From sequence record SRR22947727_4285: 50,476 bases of DNA; one strand, written 5' to 3'. Each line of letters begins with the position of its first letter. Within the stretch, counting starts at the first letter, position 1. Positions 1-9,636 of the stretch are shown piece by piece. The position numbers were made by a program, and so were the translations under genes. The notes beneath the pieces are model-generated. The model searched no databases, had not been told where the DNA came from, and worked only from the letters and a program-made list of their open reading frames with translations.

Positions 1-465
1 TCGGTGGACGTCGTCACCGAGTCCGACGTCCAAATTTGTGAGGCCGGGTACTTTAGGGACCTGGGCGGCAACCTGGCCTTTAGTGGCGAGGTGGCAACGG
101 TAAAGTGCTTCGAGAACAATCCGCTTGTTCGCAAGGCGCTGGAGGAGGATGGTCGCGGTCGAGTGCTGGTGGTAGATGGGGGGGCGTCTAAGCGGTGTGC
201 TCTGTTGGGTGACAACATTGCGGAGATGGCCCACAAGAATGGGTGGTCGGGGATCATCATCAACGGGTGCATTCGGGATTCTGCGGATATTTCAAAGATG
301 CCGTTGGGGGTGAAGGCGATCACAACCTACCCGTTGAAGTCGAGCAAGCGTGATGTGGGTTTGCGGGACGTTACAGTGACGTTTGCCGGGGCGACCTTTC
401 GGCCGGGTGACTGGGTCCACGCCGACGGGGATGGCGTGCTCGTGAGCAAAAAGGGAAAGTTGTGA
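1..465 (+). CDS. RraA-family protein / 4-hydroxy-4-methyl-2-oxoglutarate aldolase-oxaloacetate decarboxylase (5'-truncated by window edge)
   Basis: Motifs FSGEVATVKCFENN, GRVLVVDGG, ALLGDNIA, GWSGIIINGCIRD (catalytic R-D) and PGDWVHADGDGV are typical of the RraA/HMG-aldolase family. Ends ...SKKGKL*; TGTAA at 517-521. Confidence 0.92.
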   Translation, partial: SVDVVTESDVQICEAGYFRDLGGNLAFSGEVATVKCFENNPLVRKALEEDGRGRVLVVDGGASKRCALLGDNIAEMAHKNGWSGIIINGCIRDSADISKMPLGVKAITTYPLKSSKRDVGLRDVTVTFAGATFRPGDWVHADGDGVLVSKKGKL

Positions 466-529
466 GATGTGATTTGCGAGCTGTTACTTGTGAGTTGTTT
501 GGCTGGTCTCTGAACCTGTAAATTGGATG
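305..529 (+). repeat. Direct repeat copy 1 (RraA 3' CDS plus 3' UTR), duplicated at 2605-2827
   Basis: Shared blocks ggggtgaaggcgat..caacctaccc, gcgacctttcggccggg(t/c)gactgggtccacgccgacg, ttgtgagttgt..ggct, ctctgaac..tgta..tggatg. Confidence 0.9.
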
Positions 530-692
530 TGGGTGGTCATGGCGGCAGGGTTATCCACGGTCAAGTGACTCACCACGCTCACAGAGGGGGTGGTCAGGGA
601 CAGGATCAAGGGGCATCGCTCATCCCTCCCCCCCCCCCGCTCACGCTCTTTCTATACGTTCAAACTATCATCAGTCGATCTTTGCATGAATT

Positions 693-1986
693 CTACATGC
701 GCATTCCCTGAAAGTCGTTCAAGAGACTGCGGCGGCGAGGGGTCTTGCTGGTGTCCTCCGCGGAGAGCCTCCCCTCCCTCCAGTCCCCGTCGGCTCGCTC
801 TGGGTCTGGCAGATTCGTCATTTCCGAGAGGAACTGCGTGCTGTACGGAGGCCTCATCGACGAGGTTGAATTATACGGAGAAGAAGGGCCTACGGCCTGC
901 CTGGCGCGGGAATGGTCGTCGCTGAGGCTCCTCATCATCGTCGATGGTTTTCTGGGAGGGCGCACGCCACCCCTGTGGCGACCGCCGTGGCGTGGTTGGC
1001 GTTCGGCATGATAATCGGCGGAGTATTCGGCATGATATCCGACATTATACCCTATGGTATGTTCGGTATTGAGGTATTCGAGATTATACCCGTGATTGCG
1101 ATACCTGTTGTCCTCGTTCCAGCGATCGTCGAGACGCTCACGATGCAGAGAAGCTTGGCTCTCGTTGCTGTCGACACTCGACCTCCGATCCATCCTCGGG
1201 AGAAACGACTGGAACGGCGATTGATGTGGCGATTGATAAAGCGACTGGTGGGACGACTGGTACGTTGATTGATACGACTGGTGCGACAAGTGCGACAGGT
1301 GGTGATTGGGCGACTCTGTCCCCTTGCGTGTCGCAAGGCTTTGCGACAGCTGCTTCACGCACGCCGCCTTTGGCATCTTATCCTTAGGTGGAGGGGCGTA
1401 CGAAAACATGATTCCCTGGATGCTCACCTCGGGCTCCACGAACTGACCCTGGAAATCACCCTCAGTGAGGCTCTTGTACACACCAATAGCCTCTTCCATG
1501 ATGGCCACCGCGCTCTTAACCTCTGCGGTCGAACTCCCAGAGACCCTGAACACCCTATAAAGGGAGAGAAGTATGCATAGGACGAATCGTCAATATATAC
1601 CCCCAACTCGCCACCGTTCATTCTCAACTCGACACATACCTGACACCGCCACCCAACATTTTTGAGACTGACGACGTAATCGTAGCACCTGTACGGCACT
1701 GTATCGCACTGATGTTGCGCCCACCAACGCCGCACACAAAGCCGGCGCCGAGCAGAGAAACGCGTACCACCGCCTGGGACCTCCCGTGGACCGCTTGTCC
1801 AGGAGAGAGCATGACGTGGCTCACGAACTCGTTCGTATCATTATTGATGTCGACAATGGGTGGTCCTTGAATCACTCGCGAAGGTGAACGAGCCCCAGAA
1901 TGCATGGGATCGACCATGGATGAGAGAAGTGCGACCATGTTGCCCTCGGAAGAATCGCGTTGTTGCCTGGGATACATTGACTTCAT
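693..1986 (-). CDS. KH-domain RNA-binding protein (exons 1640-1986, 693-1554; ~402 aa)
   Basis: KH signature AGFVCGVGGRNISAIQCRTGATI (GxxG loop). GT-AG intron 1555-1639 joins it in frame to VFRVSGSSTAEVKSAVAIM. The C-terminal half is low-complexity (SHQS repeats, Y/H/R-rich). Confidence 0.75.
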
Positions 1987-2604
1987 GGTGGGAATTCGAG
2001 CCGGTGGGTCAGGTGGGATATCCCCATTGCTCGTTCGGGGGATAGATCTAAAAGACTCTAAGACGCCCGCACCAATTTGAATAGAATGAACTTGAAAGCT
2101 ATCGACTCGGTACTTATCGGATGATGTGATCAGGGAGAATATCTAGATTGTGATACTATGGAGAGCACCTACGACCGCAACTGGCGTATCCTCTGATCTA
2201 GGGCATGCGAGCGCGAGAACGTGGGACAAACACGCTCAATGGAATACTACAGACACGCACATGGAATTTGTGGCACAAATACACGTCGTTAAACGCTACG
2301 GGAGAGGTCGTGTCGCTGTGGGGGAGGAGGAAATCAATGCGGCGATAGTAGTTTTGTTTGGCGTAATTGCGATGATTCAAGCTCTACAGGACGATGCAAA
2401 TGCTGCGTAAGCTGCCTACTGATATTATAGACCCAACAAACACACGTGAAAGCCTAACAGCAAAAAGCGCGAACTACTTTGTAATTATGTGACCGGGGCG
2501 CGTACCCCCTTATCCACATGATTCAGTAAGATTGAATGGGGCCCGCACGCCATCATGGAGTGCCTGATGTCGACATGGGGCAATGCTTGATAGGTGGGCT
2601 TCAA

Positions 2605-2827
2605 TGGGGTGAAGGCGATTGCAACCTACCCTACGCTGAAGTCGAGTGAGGTGTGGATCTGCGGATCGTTCCGGTGTTGTTTGCCGAGGCGACCTTTCGG
2701 CCGGGCGACTGGGTCCACGCCGACGAGGATAGCGTGCCCTCGAGCAAGAGACGAAATCTGTGAGCGGTAAGTTGTGAGCTGTGAGTTGTGAGTTGTGTGG
2801 CTCATCTCTGAACGTGTATAGTGGATG
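2605..2827 (+). pseudogene. Degenerate duplicate of the RraA 3' end (direct repeat copy 2)
   Basis: Aligns to 305-529 with substitutions and indels that break the frame. The TGTAA signal is changed to TGTAT, and no 5' part of the gene is present. Confidence 0.85.
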
Positions 2828-2860
2828 GAAATAAAAGGGAAAGCAGTCAAAGTGATGAGT

Positions 2861-2896
2861 CTGACGAATTGCTGACTAATTGCTGACTAATTGCTG
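2861..2896. repeat. 11-bp tandem repeat (AATTGCTGACT, ~3 units) spanning the MDH stop codon
   Basis: ctgacg-aattgctgact-aattgctgact-aattgctg read directly. Confidence 0.8.
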
Positions 2897-4396
2897 TTGG
2901 CAAAGGTAATGCCGGCCTCAATGTTCTTGGTCAAGAGCTCGCGCATCTCCTCCATGCCGGCTTTCTCCAGGTCATTCAACTCCCCCAGGGGGAGGAACTC
3001 GGCGACGCCGTCCGGTCCGAGAACGACCCTGCTGCTAAAGAAGGGCAGTCCCTCGACGAGGTTGCTCTCCACATAGGTACATTCGACGACGTTCTTCTCG
3101 CCGCTCTTGGCGAGGAGGACGCTCTCGGCCATGCGTGCGGCGGCGTAGGCCATGGAGAGGGTGGCCGATCCCGCACCGGCCTTAGCCTCAACGACCTCCG
3201 TTCCCGCGTTCTGGATGCGGGTGGTCATGGCGGCAGGGTCCGCCACGATTACAGAGGGGGTGGTCTGGGACAGGAGCGGGAGGATGGTGGTTCCGGCGTG
3301 TCCACCGATGACCGGGACGTTGACGTCGGCCACGTTCAAACCGGAGGCCTCGGCGACAAAAGTATTGGCGCGGACAATGTCGAGGGTGGTCACGCCCATG
3401 ATCTTCCTCGAATCGTAGCATCCGGCCTTCTTCATCACCTCGGCAGCGATCGGAACAGTGGAGTTGACCGGGTTGGAGATGATGTTGACGATGGCGTTGG
3501 GGCAGTTGGCGGCGACGCCCTCGACGAGGCTCTTGACAATGCCAGCGTTGATGTTGAAGAGGTCGTCGCGGGTCATGCCGGGCTTCCGCGGGATTCCAGC
3601 CGGGATGACGACGAGGTCAGCGCCGGTGAGGGCGGCACCAAGCTGCTCAGGTCCCTTATGCGCGGAGACCTTGCACGGGGTGTTGATGTGCGACAGGTCG
3701 GCCGCGACACCCGGGGTGACATCGGCCAAATCGTACACGGCGAGGTTTTCGATCATCGGGTTCATCTTGAGCAGGAGGGCGAGCGGCCTGCAGAGGAAAG
3801 AGGGGACGATGTGAGCCGTGTGCGGGTGGGGCGACAATGGTTGCCGACATCAGCGGGTGTGCGGGTAGGCGGCACGAACATGCGATGCACGCAATATCAA
3901 AATATAACGTACTGGCCAATACCTCCAGCGGCTCCGAGCAACGCCACCTTATACCCGGCGACCGTGGCAGTCGCACAAGCGGTCCTGGATGCAGACGCGG
4001 CATTCGCCTTCCTGGAGGCAACCTTGAACCCGGCGGACTCGACGGCTACCACAGACTTGAATCCCGCATAGCGCGCGATGATTGTCGGCTTGCTGCGGCA
4101 GACGGTAAGCAGGAGAGGCGATGTGAGACGCTCACGAAGGGAAACGGCGGTCGGTCATTCTGGGGGTCGTGATCGCTAATACAAGGGCTCCTCGCCGATC
4201 GCCGCTGATCGCTATTGTTCTCCGGCTTTTGTGTGCAGTGAATATCATACGATCCTCGCGCAGACGCGGCCCACGTTACTGCCAGGACAACCGGAAAAGC
4301 GCAAAGGGCAAATTTTTCGTACCTGCAAGCCCTGTTCGCGTTGGAGGTCGTCTGCCTGCAAAGCGTGCAGGACGAGTTCATCGTGGCGGCAAACAT
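2887..4396 (-). CDS. MDH: NAD-dependent malate dehydrogenase, probably plastid type (exons 4323-4396, 3913-4092, 2887-3787; ~384 aa)
   Basis: Spliced protein has [52 protein letters not shown] and [29 protein letters not shown] (plastid-type wording). It carries a ~70-aa Ser/Ala/Arg-rich N-terminal extension. Introns 4093-4322 and 3788-3912 are GT-AG and restore the frame. Confidence 0.92.
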
Positions 4397-4427
4397 GGTG
4401 GAAATGATGTGAAATACTATCAAAAAA

Positions 4428-5861
4428 CTACTGACAGCAGGCCATGTAGGCCTGGTGGAACTTTGCCCATCTGGCCATCGTCTCGGCCACCTCGTTTTCG
4501 GGAGGTAAAATGGTCGTGCGGACGTGTAATGTGCCCGGCACCTGACCAAACCCGCTTCCAGGGACGGTGACGATGCCAGTGGCGTCCAGGAGCGCCATAC
4601 AGTACTTTGCGTCGGCCGGGGCGGCTCCCTCCGCGCTTGTCTTGCCCTCCAGTCCTACCAGGCGGGGGAACGCGTACAACGCCCCCTCCACCTCATTGCA
4701 AGCTATTCCATCCAATTTATTCAGACTCTCCACCATCATCTTGGCGCGCCTGACCAGGCTGTCCAGGATGCCACGCTTTTCCCGGTCATACAGCTCAAAG
4801 CTCTCATCACCCTCCTTAGGTGGGTTCATGACCATGGCCATGCAAATCTGCCCGTTAATATTCGGGCACAACTTGATGGATGACAGCTTGTAGAGCTGCT
4901 GCTTGACGCCCTCGGGGAAGTTGACGCACTCCATGTATCCCCCACGCCTGCCACACTCCCCGAAGAAGCCCTTGCTGATGCTGTTCATCGACAAGAGGTA
5001 CGCCTTGGAGTTCATATCTCTAACGACCTTCTTGAATGAGTGGAACTGCTTCTTTCCAGCGTAGACATTGCACTGATACACCTCGTCCGCAATCAGCACG
5101 AGCCCCTCCTCCTCGCACAGCTTCACCACGGCCTCCTGCGTCTCCCGGTCCAGCACCTGCCCGGTCGGGTTGCCCGGGTTGATCACAGTGATGGCACGGA
5201 CGCACTTACCCTCGTCCCTCGCCTTCTGCACCGTCTCTCGGAGCCTCTCAATCGTGCACTGCCATCCAGACGCCTCATCAAGGTAGTAACCAACCATGGC
5301 ACCTCCTAGCAGGCTCAACGTCGCCGAGTACAGCGGATACTGAGGAATGGGGACGAGCACCGCGTCGTTCTCATCCCTGATGAGGATCTGCAGGATGTAG
5401 TTGACAGCCCCAGATGCCCCATCCACCAGCCACAGGTCCTCCACGTCGCACGGATGCCCATCGCGAGCCTCGATCCCCTTGGCAACGTGCTCCCGGCACA
5501 CCAAAGCTCCCTTAGACTCGCTATACGCTCCCGTGCCTCCCCTGATCCGGTCCAAGTACTCTCTCGCCCTATCACGAGCATCCGCAGGAAAAAGCGCCTT
5601 GGCCTCCTCTTTCTCCAGCATATCCGGGTAGTCACACAGCGCCAACACCTCCCTGAAGAACGTGATGGGCTTTTGCTGCAAGATCTGCGGGTTGCCGATG
5701 TTGCACTGGATGACACTCTGGAACCCTAGGTCTTGGCCGAGCCTAATCTGCTCGGTGTACTCCTGGGCCTTGACGGCGATTGCTCCCCTAACGGCATACT
5801 CTGCCTTCAGCACATTCTTGTTCAGCGTCGACTCCGCGAACTCGCTCTTCCTCTCGGTCAT
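4428..5861 (-). CDS. Alanine aminotransferase / glutamate:glyoxylate aminotransferase family (class I PLP)
   Basis: EYAVRG, CNIGNPQ, GAYSESKG, PIPQYPLYSA, INPGNPTGQVL, ADEVYQ, SISKGFFGECGRRGGY (PLP Lys), VPGSGFGQ. First ATG at 5861; no obvious targeting peptide or PTS1. Confidence 0.95.
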   Translation of the reverse strand: MTERKSEFAESTLNKNVLKAEYAVRGAIAVKAQEYTEQIRLGQDLGFQSVIQCNIGNPQILQQKPITFFREVLALCDYPDMLEKEEAKALFPADARDRAREYLDRIRGGTGAYSESKGALVCREHVAKGIEARDGHPCDVEDLWLVDGASGAVNYILQILIRDENDAVLVPIPQYPLYSATLSLLGGAMVGYYLDEASGWQCTIERLRETVQKARDEGKCVRAITVINPGNPTGQVLDRETQEAVVKLCEEEGLVLIADEVYQCNVYAGKKQFHSFKKVVRDMNSKAYLLSMNSISKGFFGECGRRGGYMECVNFPEGVKQQLYKLSSIKLCPNINGQICMAMVMNPPKEGDESFELYDREKRGILDSLVRRAKMMVESLNKLDGIACNEVEGALYAFPRLVGLEGKTSAEGAAPADAKYCMALLDATGIVTVPGSGFGQVPGTLHVRTTILPPENEVAETMARWAKFHQAYMACCQ

Positions 5862-6110
5862 CACTCTTTCGCGTTCCGCGTCCGCGAGCCTCGAAAATCA
5901 AATGGGCGAATGTCTGATACTTGTCGTTGAGACGTGATGTGGGCACTCCGAACACACAAGATCGATGTATGTAACTGATACACGAACGCTGGGTGCAGTA
6001 TCTGCGACGTGAAGGACCGTAGATGGGACTTGACGAAATAGTATGTTTTGAGGGTGATCGCGGATGATCGTGGACCATCACTTTTTCTCTCATCGTTCCG
6101 TCGATTGAAT
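5862..6110. promoter_or_regulatory. Putative bidirectional promoter shared by the two glyoxylate-related aminotransferase genes
   Basis: 249 bp between head-to-head ATGs at 5861 (-) and 6111 (+); contains GACGTGA twice. Function inferred from geometry only. Confidence 0.5.
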
Positions 6111-7430
6111 ATGTTTGCCGCACAGATTGTGTCTAGGCTTGATAAAAAGGCAACTCTGGGCGCCCTGGGCCGTGTGCTCGCGGCGGTCCCGTCTTCCACA
6201 TCCGTGGCCGCGCAGTCTGCCAGCTCCACCTCGTACTCGACCAGCACGTCCATCCGCCCAGACGAGACGTCGCATCCCATCGATGACAGTAGCAAGGGGC
6301 CGACAGGCGTCATCGACATCCCGAAAAGGTACCTGATGGGGCCGGGACCGGCCAATGCGTACGAGCGCATCCTCCTGGCGCAGGCCCAACCACTCCTCGG
6401 GCACCTTCACCCGCCGATGCTGAAGATTATGGACGAGATCCAGGAGGGACTCCGTTATCTGTTCCAGACCAAGAGCAAGTACACGCTGGCGGTGAGCGGA
6501 ACGGGCCACGCCGGCATGGAGGCGGCAATCGCAAACCTCGTTGAGCCAGGCGAGACGGTCGTCGTGGGCAACAAGGGCATCTGGGGAGAGCGCGTGGCCG
6601 ATATGGCCGACCGTTTCGGCGCAAACGTCATCGAGCTCAAGGCGGGTGCTGGAAAGACGTTCGGCTATGAGGAGCTCAAGGAGGCAGTGGAGACCCACAA
6701 GCCGGCCGTGCTCTTCCTCTGCCAGGGAGAGTCCTCCACGGGTGTTCAGCAGTCTCTGGCTGGCCTTGGGGATCTCTGTGAGAAGAACGGCACCCTCCTC
6801 CTCGTCGACACGGTGTGCTCTCTGGGTGGCGTGCCCATCTTTGCCGATGACTGGAAGATTGATGCCATCTACAGTGGCGCCCAGAAGTGCCTCAGCGCGC
6901 CGCCCGGATCGGCGCCGCTCTTCCTGAGCGACCGTGCGGTCGAGAAGCTTAAGAGCAGGAAGACCAAGGTCAGGTCGTACTACCTCGACATGAACCTTGT
7001 TGGCGACTACTGGGGCTGGTTCGGAGGCCGCTCCTACCATCACACCGGTATGGTCTCCACGTGGTACGGTCTTCGAGAGGCGCTCGCCATTGTCGCGGAG
7101 GAGGGACTCGAGGCGATGTGGGAGCGACATATGGCCTGCCACAACCAGCTCTGGGAGGGACTCTCGGCCATGGGCTGCAAGCCGTTTGTGGAGGATCCCA
7201 AGGACAGGCTCGCAACGGTGAACACGATCGTCCTGCCCGAGGGTACCGATGCCATGGCCTTGATTAAGAACGCGATGGACAAGTATAACGTCGAGATCAG
7301 CGGCGGACTGGGTCCTACCTTTGGCAAGGTGATTCGCATCGGCCTCATGGGCGCCAACGCAAAGCCGGCGACCGTTGCGCTCGTGCTGGAGGCTGTCGAG
7401 GACGGCCTCAAGTTACAGGGCAAGCTCTAA
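6111..7430 (+). CDS. AGT1: Alanine/serine:glyoxylate aminotransferase (class V PLP, AGXT type)
   Basis: LMGPGPAN, SGTGHAGMEAA, GESSTGVQQ, VDTVCSLGG, YSGAQKCLSAPPG (PLP Lys), YHHT, IRIGLMG. N-terminal mitochondrial-like presequence MFAAQIVSRLDKK...; ends GKL*. Confidence 0.95.
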   Translation: MFAAQIVSRLDKKATLGALGRVLAAVPSSTSVAAQSASSTSYSTSTSIRPDETSHPIDDSSKGPTGVIDIPKRYLMGPGPANAYERILLAQAQPLLGHLHPPMLKIMDEIQEGLRYLFQTKSKYTLAVSGTGHAGMEAAIANLVEPGETVVVGNKGIWGERVADMADRFGANVIELKAGAGKTFGYEELKEAVETHKPAVLFLCQGESSTGVQQSLAGLGDLCEKNGTLLLVDTVCSLGGVPIFADDWKIDAIYSGAQKCLSAPPGSAPLFLSDRAVEKLKSRKTKVRSYYLDMNLVGDYWGWFGGRSYHHTGMVSTWYGLREALAIVAEEGLEAMWERHMACHNQLWEGLSAMGCKPFVEDPKDRLATVNTIVLPEGTDAMALIKNAMDKYNVEISGGLGPTFGKVIRIGLMGANAKPATVALVLEAVEDGLKLQGKL

Positions 7431-7573
7431 TTTATTTGTGTTACGCGGCTCGCTTTAATTCAAGCTGTTGATTGAACCAAGGCCTGATGGCCATGACCAT
7501 CTGATGGCGAGGTTGCATGAGGCGCGGGGAGGGCTTGGCAGAATCCACTCTTTTTTCGGCTAGCATTATCTCA

Positions 7574-9135
7574 ATGATGGTCACCCTGTCGTCATTGCAC
7601 CCTGGAAGGTGCCCCGTCCTGCGAACTACCGGGCATGGTTCGTTTTTCATTCGTTCATCTGCAAAGGCCATTTTCCGTGCAGCGGCTGCTTGCTTGTGCG
7701 TCCGCGCCCTCTGACTCCGCCCCTATCTCTCGTTAACAGTCTCACAGTGCGCCCACACGCGACTGATCGGCTCCACGGCCTCGAAGTTGACTCAGACCCG
7801 AATTCAGGCGCTGAACGAGAAAACCGGGGCATATGGCGTGTTCGAGCTGAACTACGACGCGGACAAGGTACGTGGCATTTGTATTAATGGGTTCTGCTGG
7901 ATGGCGGCCGTCGGCTTCCGATGGCGCCCAAGTGTGGAGCGACCTTGCGCGGCTGATCGTGATGAAGGTTTCGCAGCCGGCCGCGCGCTCCTGCCCCGTC
8001 CGGACGGCATCACAAGCTCACCCCTCATGCGCGCCGACCGAAATAATTCCCGTAGGAGGACCCACGACTCACGCAGACGTGGAAGAAGACGATGAACGTG
8101 GTCGTCACGGGGGCCGCTGGGCAGATTGCCAACCACCTTCTGTTCATGCTGGCGTCTGGCGAGGTGTTTGGCAAAGATCAGCCAATCGCGCTGCATCTGC
8201 TTGGGTCGGAGCGCTCGCGCGAGGCGGTTGAGGGTGTGGCCATGGAGCTTGAGGACTCGCTGTACCCGCTGCTGAGGCAGGTGATGATCGGCACTGACCC
8301 AATGAAGGTGTTCAAGGACGCCGACTGGGCCATCCTCATCGGCGCCAAGCCCAGGGGGCCGGGAATGGAGAGGGCGGATCTATTGGACATCAACGGGCAG
8401 ATTTTCCAGGAGCAAGGAAAGGCACTGAACGCTGTGGCCAACAAGAACTGCAAGATGATGGTGGTCGGAAACCCTTGCAACACCAACGCCCTCATCGGCA
8501 TGGAGAACGCCCCGGATATCCCGAGGAAGAACTGGCACGCGCTCACCAGGTTGGATGAGAACAGGGCCAAGTGCCAACTTGGACTCAAGGCGGGCAAGTT
8601 TTACACCTCGGTCACCAACATGTGCGTCTGGGGCAACCACTCCACAACGCAGGTTCCTGATTTTATCAACGCGAAGATTGGCGGGAAGAGGGCTCCGGCG
8701 GTCATTAGGGATACCCAGTGGCTCAAGGAGGAGTTCACGCCGACCGTCGCCACCAGGGGTGCCGCGTTGATCAAGAAGTGGGGACGCTCATCCGGAGCCT
8801 CCACGGCCGTTTCTATTGCCGATGCGCTGCGCTCGTTGTATATCCCCACGAAGGAGGGCGACTGCTTCTCCAGCGCTGTGTGCACTGATGGAAATACGTA
8901 CGGCATTGAGGAGGGCCTCGTGTTCTCCATGCCCTGCAGAAGCAACGGGGACGGGGACTATGAGATCATCGACGACTTTGTCATCGACGAGTGGCTGCAG
9001 ATGAAGCTGGATAAATCACAGGAGGAGTTGGTCGGGGAGAGGAGCTGTGTCAGTCACCTGATCCCGGAGAGTCGCAGGAGGTCTCCGCCAGCGTGCGATA
9101 TCAAGGAGGACACCATGCTGCCCGGGGAGAAATAA
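7574..9135 (+). CDS. Plastid NADP-dependent malate dehydrogenase (exons 7574-7637, 7740-7867, 8056-9135; ~423 aa)
   Basis: [73 protein letters not shown] and the C-terminal regulatory extension CVSHL...[12 protein letters not shown]. Introns 7638-7739 and 7868-8055 are GT-AG and in frame. Confidence 0.95.
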
Positions 9136-9168
9136 TTACAAGATGAAGTCTCGTAGGGCACAGTTTAC

Positions 9169-9636
9169 CTACGTCTTCTTCCCCTTCTTCTTTCTCTTAT
9201 TGGAGGTACCACCCATGAGTAATTGATCCCTCGTCATCGCGGTCTTCTGCTTCGTCCCAACCATCGCCACCCGGGATTCGCCGTCCCCTTCGCTCTCGCT
9301 CCCAGCGGCCCTTTTCTCCGCGCTCCCCAGCCTTTCACCTTCCTTCCTCTTCTTCTGGTTCAGTAATCTCTCGTCAAGTTTTCTATTCCAAGCCCCGTTG
9401 GCCTTCGACTTCGACACGAAACTCGCCTTCTTCACCCCAAAGCCGAGCCCAGGGAGCGCCTGGTGCCCCCCGGCCCTTCTCTTCTCGGCGCCCGAGCCCT
9501 CCTCGCTGCCATCCAACCCCGCAAGACCCTCCAGTGCATCATCAGCACTGACGCCCAGCCATTGCGCAGCCAAGCGAAGGGCGGTGTGCGTGGGAACGAT
9601 TTCGCCCTCGTCGGTCCTCCCTTTGGCATCGCACAT
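9169..9636 (-). CDS. Small basic hypothetical protein (plant-type conserved unknown, probably nuclear)
   Basis: ORF from ATG 9636 with IVPTHTALRLAAQWLG, PGLGFG, acidic ESR segment and NLS-like KRKKKGKK tail. TTACA (minus-strand TGTAA) at 9136-9140. Confidence 0.6.
   Translation of the reverse strand: MCDAKGRTDEGEIVPTHTALRLAAQWLGVSADDALEGLAGLDGSEEGSGAEKRRAGGHQALPGLGFGVKKASFVSKSKANGAWNRKLDERLLNQKKRKEGERLGSAEKRAAGSESEGDGESRVAMVGTKQKTAMTRDQLLMGGTSNKRKKKGKKT

Noticed and set aside
624-638. Poly-C run (possible G-quadruplex on the minus strand)
   Set aside because: Simple homopolymer in a 3' intergenic region with no further support.
1225-1310. Repeated gcgactggt/gcgacaag units resembling a repeat array
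   Set aside because: Coding low-complexity repeats (SHQS) with no spacers; not CRISPR.
2150-2410. 86-aa plus-strand ORF and overlapping minus ORF in the lower-GC spacer
   Set aside because: No recognisable motif and a non-ATG start; more likely the KH gene upstream region.
305-2827. LTR retrotransposon or other transposon flanked by direct repeats
   Set aside because: The repeats derive from host RraA coding and UTR sequence. No gag/pol, transposase, TIR or PBS/PPT is visible.
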